In this document: piece after piece, positions 60,435 to 64,000 of the stretch
Numbering within the stretch: the stretch's first letter is position 1
Layout of the letters: the number at the start of each line of letters is the position of its first letter
Origin: Candidatus Poribacteria bacterium
Lineage (GTDB): Bacteria; Poribacteria; WGA-4E; WGA-3G
Assembly (NCBI GenBank): GCA_965205025.1
Contig: CBDBFU010000020.1
Coordinates: 302,072 to 366,071 of the forward strand
Direction of reading: 5' to 3'
DNA length: 64,000 nt
The notes under the pieces: model-generated
Seen by the model: the letters and a program-made list of their open reading frames with translations, nothing else
Told to the model about the DNA's origin: nothing
Database searches by the model: none
Translations under genes and position numbers: made by a program

Positions 60435-60499
60435 AGTGCCATCATCTAATTTTCAAATTCAACACTTTTTCCAAACCACATCATCCACGCCAACTTTGT

Positions 60500-60528
60500 T
60501 TGCAATATGCTCATATTTGTGGTATCCT
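60500..60528 (+). promoter_or_regulatory. Putative sigma70 promoter
   Basis: TTGCAA-N17-TATCCT with TGn. Confidence 0.5.
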
Positions 60529-60564
60529 ATCTAATATTGATGTATATATGTGGGGTAACTGCAA

Positions 60565-61371
60565 ATGAAATTAGGTTTATGCTCCATTGCCTTTCAAGAA
60601 AAGCCTTTGGATGAAGTAATTGGTATTGCTGCTGATTACGGTTTTGATGGTATAGAGGTATGGGGAAAACCACCTCATACACCAACTGAATATGAACAAT
60701 CCTATGTTAAGAAAATACATGATTTAGCACAAGAAAAAGATATAACAATATCAGCTTTCGGCTCTTATGTTGATCCTCTCATGGATCTACATCAAAAGTA
60801 TTTTGAAGAAGCATTTATAGTAGCCCAGGGGCTCGGTACCGATTTAATTAGAATTTGGTCTGGGGGTGGTCCATCAAAATCTATCTCACCCGTAGATAAA
60901 CAATTAATTCTCTTCCGATTGGTCAGTTTATCTCAATGGGCAGCTTTTAGAGGGATTAAATTAGGGTTAGAGATGCATAATAATCATCTTACAGATTCGG
61001 TTGACAGTATATTAGATGTAATTCAAAAAACTAATAATCCCGCGCTCAAGACCTACTATCAGCCACTATCAAGGACAGATGCAGATGAACCTCATGATGC
61101 TGCACAAAAACTCGCTGAACATGTTGTAAATATTCATGCACAAAACTTCGATGAAAATGGAAAACCATGTAGAATCGCTGAAGGTGTCGTAGATTACAGT
61201 AGAGTAATCGAAACTCTCAGTTCAGCAGGATATAATGGATATATACATGTTGAATTTATTCCTGGGGATAACAAGATGGAAGATCTACAACGAGATAGAG
61301 ATTACTTAGCAAGTTTGATTGAGCCATTACCAGAAAGTTCACTAAAGAATATGGAATCTGATCCAGTCTAA
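60565..61371 (+). CDS. Sugar phosphate isomerase/epimerase family TIM barrel protein
   Basis: GFDGIEVWG, FGSY, IRIW, LEMH..LTD, NIH, EG.VDY, VEF. Confidence 0.88.
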   Translation: MKLGLCSIAFQEKPLDEVIGIAADYGFDGIEVWGKPPHTPTEYEQSYVKKIHDLAQEKDITISAFGSYVDPLMDLHQKYFEEAFIVAQGLGTDLIRIWSGGGPSKSISPVDKQLILFRLVSLSQWAAFRGIKLGLEMHNNHLTDSVDSILDVIQKTNNPALKTYYQPLSRTDADEPHDAAQKLAEHVVNIHAQNFDENGKPCRIAEGVVDYSRVIETLSSAGYNGYIHVEFIPGDNKMEDLQRDRDYLASLIEPLPESSLKNMESDPV

Positions 61372-61386
61372 TTCAGTACTTCTTAT

Positions 61387-61995
61387 ATGCGGTTAGAAAT
61401 TGGAATCATTGCACTTGTTGAAAAGGTATTAGGAACAAAAGCAGAAAAAAGAGCACAGTTTAATTGGTTATGCAATAAACCAATTAAAGAACACTTTGGA
61501 GAAAACTACGATAGCATAATCGAATTATACAATCATTTTAACGGTAACTGGGAAAGCACAACTGCAAAAGCAGATGGTTTCCTTACACCCGATGCATATT
61601 TCAATGATCCTTACCAGTTTATCTTTGAATTTGATGAATTACAACACTTTACTACATATAGAAAAGATACATTTAGCTACTATCCTGAAGACATAATAGT
61701 TGGATATAGTACTGAAAAATATATAAAATTTTGTAAAGAGCATTTCTCTAAGGCACTTGCTAAAGGTCCTGACAGATTTCGAAGAACTACTGCTGATTTT
61801 CAATACATAAATGGAAGAGCTGCCCAACGGGCATTTTTTGATACATTTAGGGATTGGTTACCAACAAAACATGGACTTAATCCTACTATTAGAATCGCAG
61901 AATTTGAAGTATACCCAATACTCAATGGTGAATTAACAGGACAGGCAGCAACAGACTATATGAAAAGAATTTTATTTGAACGACTGGAGAATTAA
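61387..61995 (+). CDS. Hypothetical protein, PD-(D/E)xK/Vsr-like nuclease candidate
   Basis: F.WL; L.PDAYF....IFEFDE.QHF; R..QRA..D..RD...HGL...IRI. Confidence 0.6.
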   Translation: MRLEIGIIALVEKVLGTKAEKRAQFNWLCNKPIKEHFGENYDSIIELYNHFNGNWESTTAKADGFLTPDAYFNDPYQFIFEFDELQHFTTYRKDTFSYYPEDIIVGYSTEKYIKFCKEHFSKALAKGPDRFRRTTADFQYINGRAAQRAFFDTFRDWLPTKHGLNPTIRIAEFEVYPILNGELTGQAATDYMKRILFERLEN

Positions 61996-62039
61996 AACCC
62001 CAATTGATATATCAGAAAAGGTAGGGTATTTATCACTTC

Positions 62040-62969
62040 ATGAGCAAACAAACTGTTTCAACAGTTAATCTTGCAGATTATCCATTACTACAATTAATCG
62101 GAAAAACCCCCCTCGTTAAAATTGACCTATTCACAAATGAATTCCCAAATGTTGATATTTATGCTAAAGTTGAAACCTACAATCCTGGAGGTTCAATTAA
62201 AGACAGACCTGTATTACGAATGTTAACTGATGCAATCGCAACTGGTGAACTTACTAAAGATAAAGTCATACTCGATTCAAGTTCCGGTAATGCTGGTATT
62301 GCTTATGCAATGATTGGTGCATCATTGGGTTATCAAGTAGAGCTTGTTATCCCAGATAATGCAAGTGAAGAAAGAAAAAAACGGATCCACTCACATGGCG
62401 CAAAAATTGTATACACTGATGCGATCCTTGGATATGATGAAGCATTGCGTGAGGTAGATCGTAGATACGAAGAAAATCCTGAAAAATACTTCTTTAACTC
62501 CCAATATGAGAATGATAATAACTGGTTAGCACATTATGAAACGACCGGTGTTGAAATCTTAGAACAAACTGATGGAAAACTAACCCACTTTGTAGCAGGT
62601 GTTGGTACAGGTGGGACAATTACAGGTGTAGGACGTCGACTCAAAGAATATAATTCCAACATACAGGTGTGTTCAATAGCAACAGAACTCTTCCCCGGAA
62701 TAGAGGGTCTAAAATCACTTGACCATCCTGATGATATTGTTCCTGAAATACTCGACCAATCTGTAATTGACATACAAATTCCTACTAAAATTGAAAATGC
62801 CCTTGATATGTGTCTAAAACTCGCTCAACAAGGATGGTTCGTAGGACAATCTTCTGGGGGATATCTATACGGTGTATACCAAGTCGCAAAAGAAATACAG
62901 AAAGGCATAATTGTGACTGTTTTTAATGACTTGGGGGAACGTTACTTTAGTACAAGTTTGTGGGATTAA
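62040..62969 (+). CDS. PLP-dependent cysteine synthase family protein (CysM-like)
   Basis: IGKTPL, AKVE..NPGGSIKDR, SSSGNAG, GVGTGGT, GQSSG, D.GERY.S. Confidence 0.93.
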   Translation: MSKQTVSTVNLADYPLLQLIGKTPLVKIDLFTNEFPNVDIYAKVETYNPGGSIKDRPVLRMLTDAIATGELTKDKVILDSSSGNAGIAYAMIGASLGYQVELVIPDNASEERKKRIHSHGAKIVYTDAILGYDEALREVDRRYEENPEKYFFNSQYENDNNWLAHYETTGVEILEQTDGKLTHFVAGVGTGGTITGVGRRLKEYNSNIQVCSIATELFPGIEGLKSLDHPDDIVPEILDQSVIDIQIPTKIENALDMCLKLAQQGWFVGQSSGGYLYGVYQVAKEIQKGIIVTVFNDLGERYFSTSLWD

Positions 62970-63034
62970 ATGCATCTATTTTACCCAATTGAATCAATAA
63001 TATTATGAGAATCACTTAGAAGAACAGGAGTTAT

Positions 63035-64000
63035 ATGGATACGACAGTTATACCTTTTCGTGGTCTACGATATAATCCTAAGAAAGTTGGAAATATAGTA
63101 GATGTAATTGCCCCTCCTTATGATGTCATCAAACCGGATGAACAAATAGAATTAGAGAAACGTCACCCCGCAAATATCATCCGTTTAATACTTAGTCAAC
63201 CAAACAAAAATGATAACGACCAAGATAATCAATATACACGTGCAGCCCAATTATTGAATCAATGGATGGATGACAGTATTCTGGTACGAGATAAAAAACC
63301 CTCCTATTATATCTATGATCAATCTTTTCATGCTCCTGATGGTAGAAATTACACTCGTCGGGCATTAATCGCTAATGTAAAACTTGAACCCTTCGAAAAT
63401 AAAGTCATTTTGCCACATGAAAAAACACATGCAGGACCAAAGATTGATAGATTGAATCTAATGCGGACATGTCATGCAAATCTAAGTCCAATATTTCTTC
63501 TCTACCAAGATTCAGATGGAGAGATTGAAGAGATTCTGGATGATTATACCCAAGAGAATATACCTGATGTAGATTGTCCTGAAGTATTTGGGAGTACTCA
63601 TAGAATTTGGTCTTTAAATCATTTAGAGTCTAATAAAAAAATCGAATCTCTCTTTAAAGCAAAACCCTTATTGATCGCTGACGGTCATCATCGATATGAA
63701 ACTGCACTTACCTTTCATGATGAGATGTTACAGAAAGGATTAAGTTCAGATAATGGTTACAATTATATGATGATGAATTTGGTTCGAATGGAATCATCTG
63801 GTTTAGCAGTGTTGGCAATTCACAGATTACTCTCTAATCTAAGTTCTATACAGATAGAGAATGCAATTAAATCTATCCCTGAAAAATTCAATGTTCATCA
63901 TATTGATAATCTTTCTATTTTAATGCAGAAATTAGAGGAATTAAAAGGTAAATCCTCTGCTTTTGGATTATATACTTCTGATAAAACATATAGATTGTTA
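63035..64000 (+). CDS. DUF1015 family protein (runs off the window end)
   Basis: MDTTVIPFRGLRYN...IAPPYDVI...LPHEKT...K.DRL.L...IADGHHRYETA; AGGAG RBS; no stop within the window. Confidence 0.88.
   Translation, partial: MDTTVIPFRGLRYNPKKVGNIVDVIAPPYDVIKPDEQIELEKRHPANIIRLILSQPNKNDNDQDNQYTRAAQLLNQWMDDSILVRDKKPSYYIYDQSFHAPDGRNYTRRALIANVKLEPFENKVILPHEKTHAGPKIDRLNLMRTCHANLSPIFLLYQDSDGEIEEILDDYTQENIPDVDCPEVFGSTHRIWSLNHLESNKKIESLFKAKPLLIADGHHRYETALTFHDEMLQKGLSSDNGYNYMMMNLVRMESSGLAVLAIHRLLSNLSSIQIENAIKSIPEKFNVHHIDNLSILMQKLEELKGKSSAFGLYTSDKTYRLL

Overview
An AT-rich bacterial chromosomal window. The lineage is inferred to be Candidatus Poribacteria-like, from the repeated 'NYPNPFNPETWIPY...ATRKMLILK' C-terminal domain on secreted LRR/WD40/cohesin/dockerin proteins and the CotH-ankyrin fusion. 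Core content: 7 tRNAs, tig-clpP-clpX-lon, pdxA, purE, a xylonate-type dehydratase, cysteine synthase and several TIM-barrel/oxidoreductase genes. Accessory content: (i) four secreted cohesin and/or dockerin proteins sharing a T9SS-like C-terminal domain, plus a 2175-aa C25 (gingipain/PorU-like) peptidase coupled to pdxA; (ii) a type I RM locus and a separate orphan hsdS; (iii) two copies of an uncharacterised gene pair (putative ART-fold toxin + partner), one with a TIGR04255-like third gene and one inside the RM locus; (iv) a small defence-like cassette flanked by degenerate long direct repeats that contain a gap-free 90-bp origin/att-like core; (v) several MITE-like shells that each enclose a different REP-like hairpin; (vi) a candidate structured ncRNA. 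No CRISPR array, transposase, integrase or reverse transcriptase was seen. All family assignments are from motif recognition by eye, not database searches.
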